DNA of 63,279 bases, filler included, from Patellaria atrata CBS 101060 (lineage: Eukaryota), in NCBI GenBank assembly GCA_010093705.1. It is 13 parts of 8 records of this genome, joined end to end, with 100 filler letters (N's around TTAATTAATTAA, not from the genome) between each part and the next. Parts side by side here need not be neighbours in the genome. Positions count along the whole stretch, not along the records: positions 46,652 to 48,331 come from MU006095.1; positions 48,432 to 51,356 come from MU006096.1; positions 51,457 to 56,906 come from MU006098.1; positions 57,007 to 58,275 come from MU006098.1; positions 58,376 to 59,689 come from MU006098.1; 8 more parts are not named here. One strand, written 5' to 3'. The translations under genes were made by a program, and so were the position numbers. Shown here piece by piece: positions 46,652 through 59,789 of the stretch. Below the pieces are notes generated by a model. That model saw only the letters and a program-made list of their open reading frames with translations, made no database searches and was not told the DNA's origin. Each line of letters begins with the position of its first letter. Position 1 is the stretch's first letter.

Positions 46652-48331
46652 ACACCTGCAGTATATAACAGCTAGATAGAACCTCTCTTTTGAGAATCAA
46701 GCGACATATTCCATGCACCTGCAGATCCAGTTTATCTAACAGTTATGAGCCCGGCCTTTGTGCTATTTTGAAGCCGTACAACTTACTCAAATCTGATCCG
46801 TTTATACTCCTCTTTTGATCCGTTATACTCGTGTCTTTTGACGAACAGTTGAACTGTCTTCACCGTTGTTTATTAAACCCAAAATCTCTTGTGCTATCAA
46901 TTAGTTATGTCGACTTCAACAAACTTCTCGTCGTCTACCACGTCGTCCATCCTTTTAAGAGATGCCTCCGACTGGCAAGCCTGGTTCTTAGTCATCAAAG
47001 GAAGAGCCGAATTCGATCAAATATGGAAGTATTGCGATCCGGATCTCCCGTCAAAGCCGGTGTTACCATCAGGTGGAGAAACGCCACAGCATATCCAAGA
47101 CTGGGTGACGACCGGGAAGACTCCAGACGGAGAGACGAGCCAGACGATGGCACTGTTCTACAACGCCCATAGAGCTATCGCAAAGGAGCAAGACCAGAAG
47201 AGAGCTAAGATAGCCAATCTATTCACGTTGATTATTAATACAGTGCCTGCAGACAACTTACCCCTAAGTGAGGACACTAAGGAACCCTACTCGTTACTTA
47301 AAAAGCTGAAAGATCGCTTTCAGCTTAATGATTAGACGGTAAGAGAAGAGGCTTACAACAAATATAAGCATCATCTCCGTACGGCCAAAAAGACGAATAT
47401 AGACACCTGGTGTACGACCTTTTTGAATCTCTACGATAGATGCGTGTTATATAAAGTAACTGAGCTTAGTGGAGAGCAGCCAACTAGAGATGTACTGAGC
47501 TGTATCTCTAAAGCTTATCCACAGTGGGCAATATCGAAAACCGTGAGTGTGGATGAAAAGCGATTCGCTGGTCTTCAAGTCGAGGTTTCCGATATAATCT
47601 CCCATTTCCGGAACTTCCATAGAGCACAAGTCCTCAAAGAACCAACCGGAAGTGTTTTGGCTACCTTTCAAGGCCAGTCTACCACGGAAACCAACACCCA
47701 AACGTCAGTTTCGTCGGACAAGAAGTCATCCAAACCGGACACCGTGAGGATTTGCCTATGCGGAAAGGAACACCTCTGGTCTCAGTGCCAGTATATCAAC
47801 ACTAAGGTCTCCAAATCGAAAGACTACTCGGAAGCAACGCAACAGATGGTTGACACGAAGATTCCGGAGCTAACACCGTTCGGACAGACGGCTATCCGAC
47901 GTATCAAAGCCAAAGCTGGCAAATCCGACAAAAACGACAAAAGCGACAAAAGCGACTCCAAGCAAGGGGACGTTGTTGCTTTCGTTGGAGGAATCGCCTC
48001 AAGGCCGGTTGGATCCGTTCTATCAACTCTCGATTTGGAGAGCAACAACTGGCTCCATGACTCCGTTCTTTTGGATTCTGGATCTAGCCTTCATATTTGC
48101 AACGATCCAGCTCAGTTTACTATCGAAAGTTACTGTACGGAACAGTGGATTCAGGTTGGAAAGGGAACATGCCAACTCTTGGCAAAGGGTAGGTGGACTG
48201 TGGAAGTGGAAGGTCCTGTAGGAAAACGGAATCTCCACCTAACAGAAGCTTATCTCTGCCCGGATTTCAACGCCTCTGTCGTCGGCTTGAAGCTGATAAA
48301 GAAGAAGCGTGGCATCTACTGGAACCACCGA
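46652..48331 (+). mobile_element. Ty1/Copia element 5' part: LTR end (46741), PBS, gag-protease from ATG 46907 with one in-frame TAG at 47333
   Basis: PBS GTTATGAGCCC; gag DWQAW...IWKYCDP, knuckle CLCGKEHLWSQC, protease LLDSGSSLHICND. Confidence 0.9.
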
Positions 48332-48431
48332 NNNNNNNNNNNNNNNNNNNNNNNNNNNNNNNNNNNNNNNNNNNNTTAATTAATTAANNNNNNNNNNNNN
48401 NNNNNNNNNNNNNNNNNNNNNNNNNNNNNNN

Positions 48432-48727
48432 TTAGATTCTTCGTAGTTATTCTTACCATCAATCTTACCTATAGATTTGGATGTTACGGTTTTGAACTTG
48501 ACTTCACTTGTTACACTGCTTCCATACAGTACGTCTTGTCGCATTGTGAGCAGTACCTGAAGTCAAGGAGTTAGCAAGTTGTATCGACAACTTGAAGTGC
48601 CTTTATTATACGTATCCTATCACTTTGCCGAACCTACCTTTGTGGTTGACCACGTTGAGTGAGAAGCTAGGCGCGTTTCTAGACTTATCTAGTTCTATCT
48701 TGATAAGTATAGACTCCCGTTATAACA
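48432..48727 (+). mobile_element. Family A LTR 3' part
   Basis: Reverse complement of 43222-43517. Confidence 0.85.
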
Positions 48728-51259
48728 TATTTATTTAATTAATAGAGAAAATTATTTAAAAAATATAAAATATAAAAATATTATTATAAATATTATAAGT
48801 TTATATAAAATTAACTCTTTAATATAAAATTAACTTTTAAAAAATAAAAACTTTTTAAATAAAAATAAAAATATTTATAAAATAATAATTTATAAAAAAT
48901 TATTTAAAAAATATTATTATTTAATTTATATATTCTCGAAATTTATATTTAATAAGTTATTATTATTTAGAAAAGATATAAACTATAATATAATATTAAA
49001 TTAAAATAGTAATTTTATTATTAACTTTTTATATAATATATTTATCGAATATTTATAATTAATAAAGAATTATTAAAAAGAATATTTTTAAAAGAAATTT
49101 ATTATTTTAAATAAAATATTATATATATCTTTAATATTATTTATTAAGAAGTTAAAAGAAAATTAAAAATTTTATATTAATTATAAAAAGTTAAATAATA
49201 TTATTAAAAAAGATAAATATTTATTATCTTTAATTAAAGAAATATTAATATATTTTTAATAAATAAAAATATTTATAAAACTTAATATAAAATAAATATT
49301 CTATTAAATTTAAATAAAAAAATTAACTAAAAATCTTATTATCTTTTAAATTAAATATAAATTATTTAAATATAAAATATTATTTTTTAAATTATATAAT
49401 AATTTAGCCTTATTTTAATAGTTTATTAATAAAGCGTTTTTCTAATATTTAGATAACTTTTATATAATATATATTAATAATATATTAATTTATTTTAAAT
49501 ATTTATTAAAGTATTAAATTTATATCACGAAAATATTAAAAGTATTAATTAAAACTAATTTATAAATTAATATTAAGAAAAGTAAATTTTATATAATAAA
49601 AATAAGTTTTTTAACTTTATTATTAATATTAATAAAATAGCGATAAATTTAAAAAAGACTAAAATAGTTTAAAATTAAAAATTATTAATAAATATAAAAA
49701 GAATTTTATTATTTAATAGATTTTATAACTTTTATTAAAAGTTTTTAAAGAAATTTAGATAAATTATATAACTATTAATAATATAAATATAAAAAAAGAT
49801 TTAAAAATTATTTAAATAAAAAAAAGAAAAGATATTTAAAAAAATAAAAAAGTTAATTCTATTAAATTAAATATTAATATATTATAACTTTTTATTTAAA
49901 ATAAAAATTAAATTTAATTATAATAATAAAATTATTATAATAATTATATTATAACTTTATAAATATATTTAAAGACTAATTATCTTTTAAATTAAAATAT
50001 TATTAAAGATAAAATTAAAATATAAAATTTATAATAAGAAAATATTAATTATAATAAAAGTATTAATTAAATAAAAAAATATATTAATAAAATTATAATA
50101 AAATCTTTTTATTATAATTATTAATTATAAAGTATTAAAATATTTTATTATAAAATAATTATTTAATATTAAATAAATTTAATAAAATAAAACTTTCTTT
50201 AATTTTTACTTTTAAATTATATATTAGTTTAAAGTTTAAAATATTATAATAAATATATTTTTCTATAAATAAAAAGATTTAAAGATAATAAAAGATAAAA
50301 ATATTATAATATAAATTTAAATATTAATTAATTTAAATATAATAATAATATCTTTTTAACTTTTAATAAAATAATAACTATTATTTAAGAAAATATTTTA
50401 AAATAATAAAAAATATATAATTTTTAAAGAAAAAATAATAGAAAAATATATTTTAAAGTTAAGATTTAAGACTTAAATAATAATAATTAAAATAATAATA
50501 ATTAAATTTTTATAAAAGATAAAAAAAGTTAAAATTTAAAATTAAAAATTTATAATAATTAAAATCTTAAAAAAGAGAAATAATATATTAAAGAAATATA
50601 TTAACTTTACTTTTAAATTAAAGTTTATATTTATTTATTTTATAATTTTTATTATAACTAAAAAAGAAAAGAAAATTAAATATAAAATAAAAGAAAAAGA
50701 AAATATATTTATAAATTTAAAATAATATATTTAAAATAAGTTTAATTAAAAATAAAAGCTATTAATAATATATTTATTAATAAATTAAATATTAGAAATA
50801 AATTAAAAATATAACTTTTTATTAATATATTAAAAGTAAATTAAAATTAAAAAAAGATATTAAAAATTATAAAATAATTTATTTATTAAATTTAATAAAT
50901 TTATAATTTTAAATATAGATAATCTTAAAATATATTTAATATAAAATATATATAATATATTAATTATAAAATATTTAGAAATTAAAAAGATAAAAAAATT
51001 AATTTAAATATAATATTATTAATTTAAATTAATAGTTAATATAAATAAATATATTTAAAATTATTATATTTATTATTAAATATATATATTAAAAGATAAA
51101 ATTTTTAGTTTACTAAAATTATTATTAATTAAAGATAAATATTAATAATATATTATTTTTAACTTTAAATTATTTTTTAAGAATATATATAAATTTAAAA
51201 TAATATTTATAATAATAAATTAATTAAGAAAAAAAGCGATCTTATTTCTTTTATAATAA
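48728..51259 (+). mobile_element. Hyper-RIPped Gypsy family B pol (RT, RNase H, integrase)
   Basis: Colinear with 56845-59449 when C>T/G>A is allowed. Confidence 0.85.
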
Positions 51260-51260
51260 T

Positions 51261-51356
51261 ATAGTATAGCTATAGTAATCGTATTTTGACTATCTCTATT
51301 ACTAACTACTAAGTGTGGAGATTAAGTTAAGGAACAATAATATCGTGGGCCGAATA
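51261..51356 (-). mobile_element. Family B LTR 3' end
   Basis: Matches 53409-53503. Confidence 0.8.
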
Positions 51357-51456
51357 NNNNNNNNNNNNNNNNNNNNNNNNNNNNNNNNNNNNNNNNNNNN
51401 TTAATTAATTAANNNNNNNNNNNNNNNNNNNNNNNNNNNNNNNNNNNNNNNNNNNN

Positions 51457-53680
51457 CTTCGATCTCCTAGTCTATCTTTCTAACTTCGATTCCGAGGCGT
51501 TATTTTAGAGCGGGTAGCTATCTCTTATTTAGTAGGGTATACCCTTAAGCTTTAGTGTCGATTAGGGCTCTAAGCTATATTACGATTCCGTTCTTCGAAA
51601 TTCGGCACGATATTATAAATAACTTTTCTAATACTGGATCGCTAATCGGTGTTACTAATACTTCTACTATTAGCTCTAATATAGAGTCTCTACTTAGGGT
51701 TTCTCGTTTTCTAAATCTAACCCTAAATCTAACTTTAAGCTCTAATACTCGTCTTTCTAGACTAACTTTACTTCGATTATCTTCTTTAGTCCCCGGCATT
51801 CTAACGCTCTATATCCGGCCTTACTATAGTTGAAGTAGTTACCCGTAAACTTCCGAATAGTTATAGTCTACTCCGTCACTTATAGTGTTATAGGTGAGGT
51901 GGTTCCTCCGCTCCCTAATCGGTATAAAGTTCTATTTATCGTTATTAAGGTGGAAGTTATTCTAGTCGGTTTACCACGCTTCTAACTCTCTCTATAGGCC
52001 TTACTAGCTTTACCTAACCTTTCTAGCTCTCGTGTCTACGTCGTAGCTTTACTATAGTACTTCTAGAAGCTAATTTCGTCGTTACCTACGGCTTCCACTA
52101 TTATTAGTCTTAGACTATCGTAGAGTCTATCGTGGAGTTTCTCTTTCCACTAATCGCGTGATAACCTAGCTTTATTAGCTAGCCGGATAAACGTAGACTA
52201 GAACTTTAGAAAGTCCGCTAGATAGCCTTACCTTAACTTCTTTAGTTTATCTCTAGCTTTTAGTCGCCTATTTAAATCTTTATAGATCTAGTCTAGGAAT
52301 CTTATTAGCCTTATTAAAATTACGTCGTCCTCCTCCGATTCTAAGAAAGAGTATATATATTTAGCTACCTCGCCACTAATCCGTATCTTAATATAAGTAG
52401 TCTTCGCTCTTTTATCTTAGAACTAGTCACTATTAATATAGAGCTTATCGTTTATCTTACTCTTTCATTCCTTATAGGTTAGCTTCTTATTATCGGTTAG
52501 TTCTAGTGGATCGGGGAACTTCTTTATCTTATCGTCGCCCCTACTCCTAACGCTTCCGGTTAAGTCGACTATTCTAGCTTAGTCATTACGACTATATAAT
52601 ACTAATAGTTCTTCGTCGTTAGATTCGTCGTTAAACCGGACGTTTCTTTAGTCTAGTTTAGATTACTTAGTCTATTCTTTTAAGTTATCGATCTTATTCT
52701 AAAGGCGTTTTATAGCTTCTTCGTTCGTTTAGTATACTTATAGCTTTAGCTATAAGTCGGGCGCTATTTTATTAATAAGGTTTACTATCTTTCTAAGTTA
52801 TATCTCTCGAGTTATAAGCTTCACTCTCGTATAGAGGTACTCCGTTACGAACTAGTCTAGGTTTTTAGCTACCTATTCCTTCGCTCCGTCGATCGTATCG
52901 GCGTTTTAATCGTCTATAATAGTGGTATATTTAAGAGACTTCCCTTCTTCTATTATTCCGGGGATTCCTCTTAGTAGGTTCTATAGATTCGTTTCTAGAA
53001 TATTATTAGTAATCTATTAGTCGACTACTTCTAGCGTCGATTTACGTTAGTGTATTTTTTCTTTTCCTTTTAATCTAGTGTTACTCTCTACTCCTAGATT
53101 TATAGTTAGCTCGTTATTTATCTACTTCGCTAAGGTTACTAAAGGTTTAACTATCTTATTTAGTTTACTATAATATTTACTTCTCTAAGTAATTCGTATT
53201 CGTTAGTCCTAATCTCTTTTAAGTACTAGGTCGTCGTTATCGTCGGCGTTAATACTCTTAGACACTAGATATCTTATTATTAGTAGAGCTTAGCTACTTA
53301 TAAATCCCCGATTAGTCCGATAATCGTTTATTAGCTAGACTAATATCGTGCTCCGGTTAGAATATTATATCGCCTTTCTAGAGGCCGTTAAAGGTGAACT
53401 TAATTTAGTGTAATAATATAGTATAGCTATAATAATTATATTTTAACTATCTCTATTACTAACTACTAAGTGTGGAGATTAAGTTAAGGAATAATAATAT
53501 CGTGGGCCGAATATCTATATATAATAGTCCCGTCTTATTAAGCCTCGGCCCGACTATCTTCTATTTAACTAATTAGCGCTTAGAGATCTTTTCCGCGTCC
53601 GACCCGGTAAAGATCTCTTATAAATAAACTAAACACTTAGTATAGGAAATACGGGATTAGTATCGTAACACGTCGTCACA
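51457..53680 (-). mobile_element. Gypsy family B 5' LTR (53409-53680) plus gag and start of protease, RIP-damaged
   Basis: Reverse complement of 54086-56309. Confidence 0.9.
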
Positions 53681-54085
53681 CCCGCCTTACTAAGTCTTAA
53701 CCTAATTATCTTTTATTTAACTAATTATAGTCACGAGATCTTTTCCGCGTCTAAGCTAGTTAAAATCTCGTATAAACTCACTAAATATAGAAATAAGACT
53801 AGTATTATAATAAGTTATTATACTCTCTATTTATCTTTTCTCGAACTATTTTATATATATTAAGATCTATCCACTTTTATTAGTCGAAATATATTTATAG
53901 TTAGTAATTAAATTTTAACTTATAAGAGGAAATATCTATTAATTCGTAAACTAATATAATTTAGATAAAATCTATTATAGATAATAGTTTTAATTAATTA
54001 CTTTAATAGTGATTTATAAAGAGCCGAAACCGTAAATTTATATACTAGTTAATAATCTTTATATCTTTATTCGTCTATAAATAGT
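53681..54085 (-). mobile_element. Older, more RIPped family B-like 3' LTR fragment, PPT and internal remnant
   Basis: GAGATCTTTTCCGCGTC shared with the adjacent LTR; pyrimidine tract next to the LTR edge. Confidence 0.5.
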
Positions 54086-56906
54086 TATAACGACGTGTTA
54101 TAATGCTAATCCCGTATTTCCTATACTAAGTGTTTAGTTTATTTGTAAGAGATCTTTACCGGGTCGGACGCGGAAAAGATCTCTAAGCGCTGATTGGTTA
54201 AACGGAAGATAGTCGGGCCGAGGCTTAGTAAGGCGGGACTATTATATATAGATATTCGGCCTATGATATTATTATTCCTTAACTTAATCTCCACACTTAG
54301 TAGTTAGTAATAGAGATAGTCAAAATACGATTACTATAGCTATACTATATTATCACACTAGATTAAGTTCACCTTTAACGGCCTCTAGAAAGGCGATATA
54401 ATATTCTAACCGGAGCACGATATTAGTCTAGCTGACGAACGATTATCGGACTAATCGGGGATCTGTAAGCAGCTAAGCTCTACTAGCAACGAGATATCCG
54501 GTGCCTAAGAGTATTAGCGCCGACGATAACGACGACCTAGTACTTAAAAGAGATTAGGACTAACGAATACGAATTACTTAGAGAAGTAAATATTATAGCA
54601 AACTAAATAAGATAGTTAAACCTTTAGTAACCTTAGCGAAGTAGACGGGTAACGAGCTAACTATAGATCTAGGAGTAGAGAGTAGCACCGGATTAAAAGG
54701 AAAAGGAAAAATGCACCGACGTAGATCGACGCTAGAAGTGGTCGACTAGTAGATTACTAACGATATTCTAGAAGCGGATCTATAGAACCTACTAAGAGAA
54801 ATCCCTAGAATGATAGAAGAAGGGAAGCCTCTTAGGTGTACCGCTATTATAGACGATCGAAACGCCGATACGATCGACGGAGCGAAGGAATGGGTAGCTG
54901 AAAACCTAGACTAGTTCGTAACGGAGTACCTCCACACGAGAGCGAAGCTTATAGCTCGAGAGATATAACTCGGAAAGATGGTAAACCTTATTAACGAGAT
55001 GGCGCCCGACTTACAGCTAAAGCTATAAGTATATTAAGCGAACGAAGAAGCTATAGAACGCCTCTAGGACGAGATTAATAACCTAAAGAGGTAGACTAAG
55101 TAGTCTAAACTAGACCGAAGGAGCGTCCGGTTCGACGACGAATCTAACGATAAAGAACTATTGGCACCACGTAGTCGTAACGACCGAGCTAGAATAGTCG
55201 ACTTAACCGGAAGCTTTAGGAGTAGGGGCGACGATAAGATAAAGAAGTTCCCCGATCCACTAGAACTAACCGATAGTAAGAAGCTAACCTATAAGAAGTA
55301 GAAGAGTAAGATAAACGATAAGCTCCACGTTAATAGCGACTAGTTCTAAGACGAAAGGGCGAAGACTACCTATATTAAGACACGGATTAGTGGCGAGGCA
55401 GCTAAATATATATACCCTTTCTTAGAATCGGAGGAGGACGACGTAACCTTAATAAGGTTAATAAGATTCCTAGACTAGATCTATAAGGACCTAAATAGGC
55501 GACTAAAAGCTAGAGACGAACTAAAGGAGTTAAGGTAAGGCTACCTAGCGGACTTTCCGAAGTTCCAGTCTACGTTCATCCGGCTGGCTAATGAAGCTAG
55601 GTTATCACGCGACTAGTGGAAAGAGGAACTCCACGATAGACTCTACGATAGTCTAAGGCTAACAATGGCGGAAGCCGTAGGTAACGACGAAATTAGCTTC
55701 TAGAAGTACTATAGTAAAGCCACGACGTAGGCACGAGAGCTAGAAAGGTTAGGCAAAGCTAGTAAGGCCCGTAGAGAGAGTTAGAAGCGTGGTAAACCGA
55801 CTAGAATAACTTCCACCTCAATAACGACGAATAGAACTTTATACCGATTAGAGAGCGGAGGAACCACCTCACCTATAACACTATAAGTGACGGAGTAGAC
55901 TATAACTATTCGGAAGTTTACGGGTAACTACTTCAACTACGGTAAGGCCGGATATAGAGCGTTAGAATGCCGGGGACTAAAGAAGATAACCGAAGTAAAG
56001 TCGGTCTAGAAAGACGAGCATCAGAGCTTAAAGTTAGATTTAGGGTTAGATTTAGAAAACGAGAAACCCTAAGTAGAGACTCCGTATCAGGGCTAATAGT
56101 AGGAGTATTAGTAACACCGATTAGCGATCCGGTATTAGAAAAGCCATTCACGATACCGTGCCGAATCTCGAAGAACGGAATTGTAATATAGCTTAGGGCC
56201 CTAATCGACACTAGAGCTTAAGGGTATACCCTACTAAATAAGAGATAGCTACCCGCTCTAAAATAACGCCTCGGAATCGAAGTTAGAAAGATAGACTAGG
56301 AGATCGAAGTTAATACCTTCAATAATTCGAAGGTAGCACCAATTAACCAAGTACTCAAGGCGAGCCTCGTGATTAGAGGACGAAGGTGGCTAACACCGAT
56401 TATAGTGACGGATACGGGCTATAATAATATACTTATAGGTAAGGAGTAGTTCTCTAAGACTAGTGGCCTACCTAATTATAGGCACTATCGGATTGTTTAG
56501 CCGGAATAGGCTACTATAGTTGAAGACCAGCAACGAGATATCGTGATTCCGAAGAGCGAGCTACGAACCTAAACTGACCCACAGCACTAATTCGACATGG
56601 AACGACGAGACAAAGCCATCGATGAACGAGAACGTAACCGATAGAAAGCATTAGTTAACTAGAGGAGGAAACCGTAACTATTCCAATAGAAGTAACCGAG
56701 TTTATAGGCTAAGAACGTCGGCTCCGATTTTCGAAAGATGAAATTAGAACTATCGGACCTAACGGAGAGAGAGACGCCGGAACTCTCTAAAAAGCCGAAG
56801 CCGAAGCCGAGTAAGCGGGTCAATATTGCCGGGATCTATATAAATATCTACTTAGTTAGCGGAGAAAACTACCTAAGGAACGTAAAGCGTAAAGACGTCG
56901 TTATAG
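54086..56906 (+). mobile_element. Gypsy family B 5' LTR (54086-54357), self-priming PBS, gag and protease, RIP-damaged
   Basis: KFPDP gag motif, RIPped knuckle (YFNYGKAGYRALEC), ALIDT protease. Confidence 0.9.
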
Positions 56907-57006
56907 NNNNNNNNNNNNNNNNNNNNNNNNNNNNNNNNNNNNNNNNNNNNTTAATTAATTAANNNNNNNNNNNNNNNNNNNNNNNNNNNNNNNNNNNNNN
57001 NNNNNN

Positions 57007-59689
57007 CTAGACGAAGACGAAGACGCTTATAAAGCGATAATCTACGAAAAGTTACCCAAGGAATACCACCACTTGGCCCACGTGTTCTCGAAATCTGTAT
57101 CCGATAAGCTACCACCGCTTAGAGAAGGCGTAGACCACGATATAGTACTAGACCAAGATAGTAATCTTACTACTAGCCCCTTATATAACATGCCTATCGA
57201 ACACTTATAGCTAGTAAAGGACTATCTAGAGGAGCACCTTTAGAAGAGGTTTATCGTTCCGAGCGAGGCACTATACGCGTCTCTAGTGTTATTCGCTAAG
57301 AAGCTAGGGGGAGGTTAGAGATTCTACGTTAACTATAGAAAGCTAAATAGCATTACTAAGAAGGATAAGTATTCGTTACCCCTAATCGAAGAAACACTAG
57401 CGCGCCTTCGACGAGCAAAGATATTTACGAAACTCGACGTGAGATAAGCATTCTACCGAATCCGGATAAAAGAGTTAGCCGAAGATCTTACCACCTTCCG
57501 AACGAGATATAGATCGTTTAAGTATAAGATACTACCCTTCGAGTTATATAACAGCCTAGCCTCGTTCCAACGATTTATTAATAAGGCGCTCTTCCAATAC
57601 CTAGACGACTTCTATATAACATATATTAACGATATACTAATCTACTCTAAGTGCCCACTAGAGCACTAGACCCACGTCGCGAAAGTGCTAGAAGCACTAG
57701 CTAAGGCCGGCCTATAAGCCGATATTAAGAAAAGCGAGTTCCACGTGATAAAGACGAAGTTCCTCGGCTTTATTATTAGCACCGACGGAATAGCGATAGA
57801 TCTAGAAAAGACTAAAGTAGTCCGAAACTAGAAGTTACCAACAAACGTAAAGGGGATCTTATCGTTTAACGGATTCTATAACTTCTACCGGAAGTTCCTA
57901 GAGAAATTCGGACGAGTCATACGACCATTAACGATACGGACACGAAAAGGGGTTTAGAAACCACTTAAGTAGAAAGAAGAAGAGGTATTTAAGAAAGTAA
58001 AAGAGCTAATTCTATTAGATTAAGTGCTGGCGCACTACGACCCTCTACTCGAGACGAAAGTCGAGTCCGACTATAGTGACGAGGTTGCCGTAGCAGTTAT
58101 ATCGCAGCTCTATAGACACGTCTAGAGGCTAGTTACCTTCTGGACTAAGACGTTATCGGAGACAGAACTGAGGTACGAAATCCACGATAAGGAAATACTA
58201 GCCGTAGTGAGAGCACTAGCCGAGTGGAGAAGTATACTAGTAGGGCTATAGTAAGTTCCCTTCACCGTAATCACTNNNNNNNNNNNNNNNNNNNNNNNNN
58301 NNNNNNNNNNNNNNNNNNNTTAATTAATTAANNNNNNNNNNNNNNNNNNNNNNNNNNNNNNNNNNNNNNNNNNNNGAGTGAAGCTCTCTCTAATTTCCAC
58401 TTCCGAATCACGTATCGGCCCGGAGCCTAAAACGTCGTGGTAGACGCGCTCTCCCGTAAATAAGAAGACCTAAAAACAGCGAAAGATAAAGATATTATAG
58501 CACGGACCTAGGTGCTAATCGACCTGAATATAACGGTGGCACCTCTTCGGCTCTTAATAAAATAATAACTACTGCCTAAGAAGATATCTTAGAGTAGTAA
58601 GAAACGTGTAACCTCTAGAGAGGGGGCGGTAGAAAAGTACGCTCTAAAGTTAAGGCCCGGGACCCGGGTGGCGGTAGCCGAGGTGGCGATAGCCGAGCCT
58701 TCGTAGGGGACGGAGGGAGCTAAAGCTTAGGACTAAGGGTCTATAGCAACTAAAACCTTGAAAGGGAGGAATAATATATTAAAGAAGTGCATTAACCCCG
58801 ACCCCGACCCTAGGCCGGGGCCCACGTCCATCCACTCCACAATTCCCACCATAACTGAAAAAGAAAAGGAAGTCAGGTATAAGGTAGAAGAAAGGGAAGA
58901 TATATCTATAGATCTAGAGCGGTATATCTAAAATAAGCCCGATCGGAAATAAGAGCCGCTGGTAACGTACTTACTAATAGATCGAATATTAGAAGCGAAC
59001 CGGAAGTATAACTCTCTATCGGTATACCGAAAGTAAGCCGAAGCTAAAGAGAGGCACTAGGAACTATAGAACGGCCTACTCGTTAGATTTAGTAGACTTA
59101 TAGTCCTAGACGTGGATAACCTTAGAACGTATCTAATACGAGACGTGTATAACGCACTAGTTATAGGATATCTAGGAACTAAGAAGACGAAAGAACTAAT
59201 CCGAGCGCGATACTACTAGCCCGGATTAGTAGCTAATATAGATAGATATGTCTAGAACTATCACACCTATCGTCGGACGTATACACTAAGAGATAAAACC
59301 CCCGGTTTACTAAAATCACTACTAATCGGAGATAGATATTAGTAACACGTCACCTTCGACTTTAAATCGTTCCCTAAGGACACGCACGGATTCGAAATGG
59401 CGTTTATAGTAGTAGATCGACTAGGAAAGAGAGCGATCTCACTCCCCTATACTAAAGACATCTCGGCTAAGGTAGCCGCAAAGCTATACTACGAACACGT
59501 ATAACGGATATACGACACACCGGAGACAACGACATCAGACCGTGGTCCATAGTTTATTTCTACATTTACAGATAAGCTTTACAAACTGACGAAAGTGAAA
59601 TAGAAGCTATCCACAGCTTACCACTCATAGACGAACAGAGGTACAGAGATTATTAACTAGTATATAGATCTACGGCTCCGGCCCTTCGT
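57007..59689 (+). mobile_element. Gypsy family B pol fragments (RT/RNase H 57007-58275; RNase H end and integrase 58375-59689)
   Basis: DKLPP...[11 protein letters not shown], RIPped YIND, YEIHDKEILA, DALSR, SDRG; split by a linker. Confidence 0.9.
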
Positions 59690-59789
59690 NNNNNNNNNNN
59701 NNNNNNNNNNNNNNNNNNNNNNNNNNNNNNNNNTTAATTAATTAANNNNNNNNNNNNNNNNNNNNNNNNNNNNNNNNNNNNNNNNNNNN

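Noticed and set aside
47333..47335. Programmed readthrough of the TAG in Copia gag
   Set aside because: It lies mid-gag before the knuckle and is most simply a CAG>TAG RIP change.
56040..56070. TTAGGG/CCCTAA as telomeric repeats
   Set aside because: Single copies inside the Gypsy gag end and frameshift stem, not tandem arrays.
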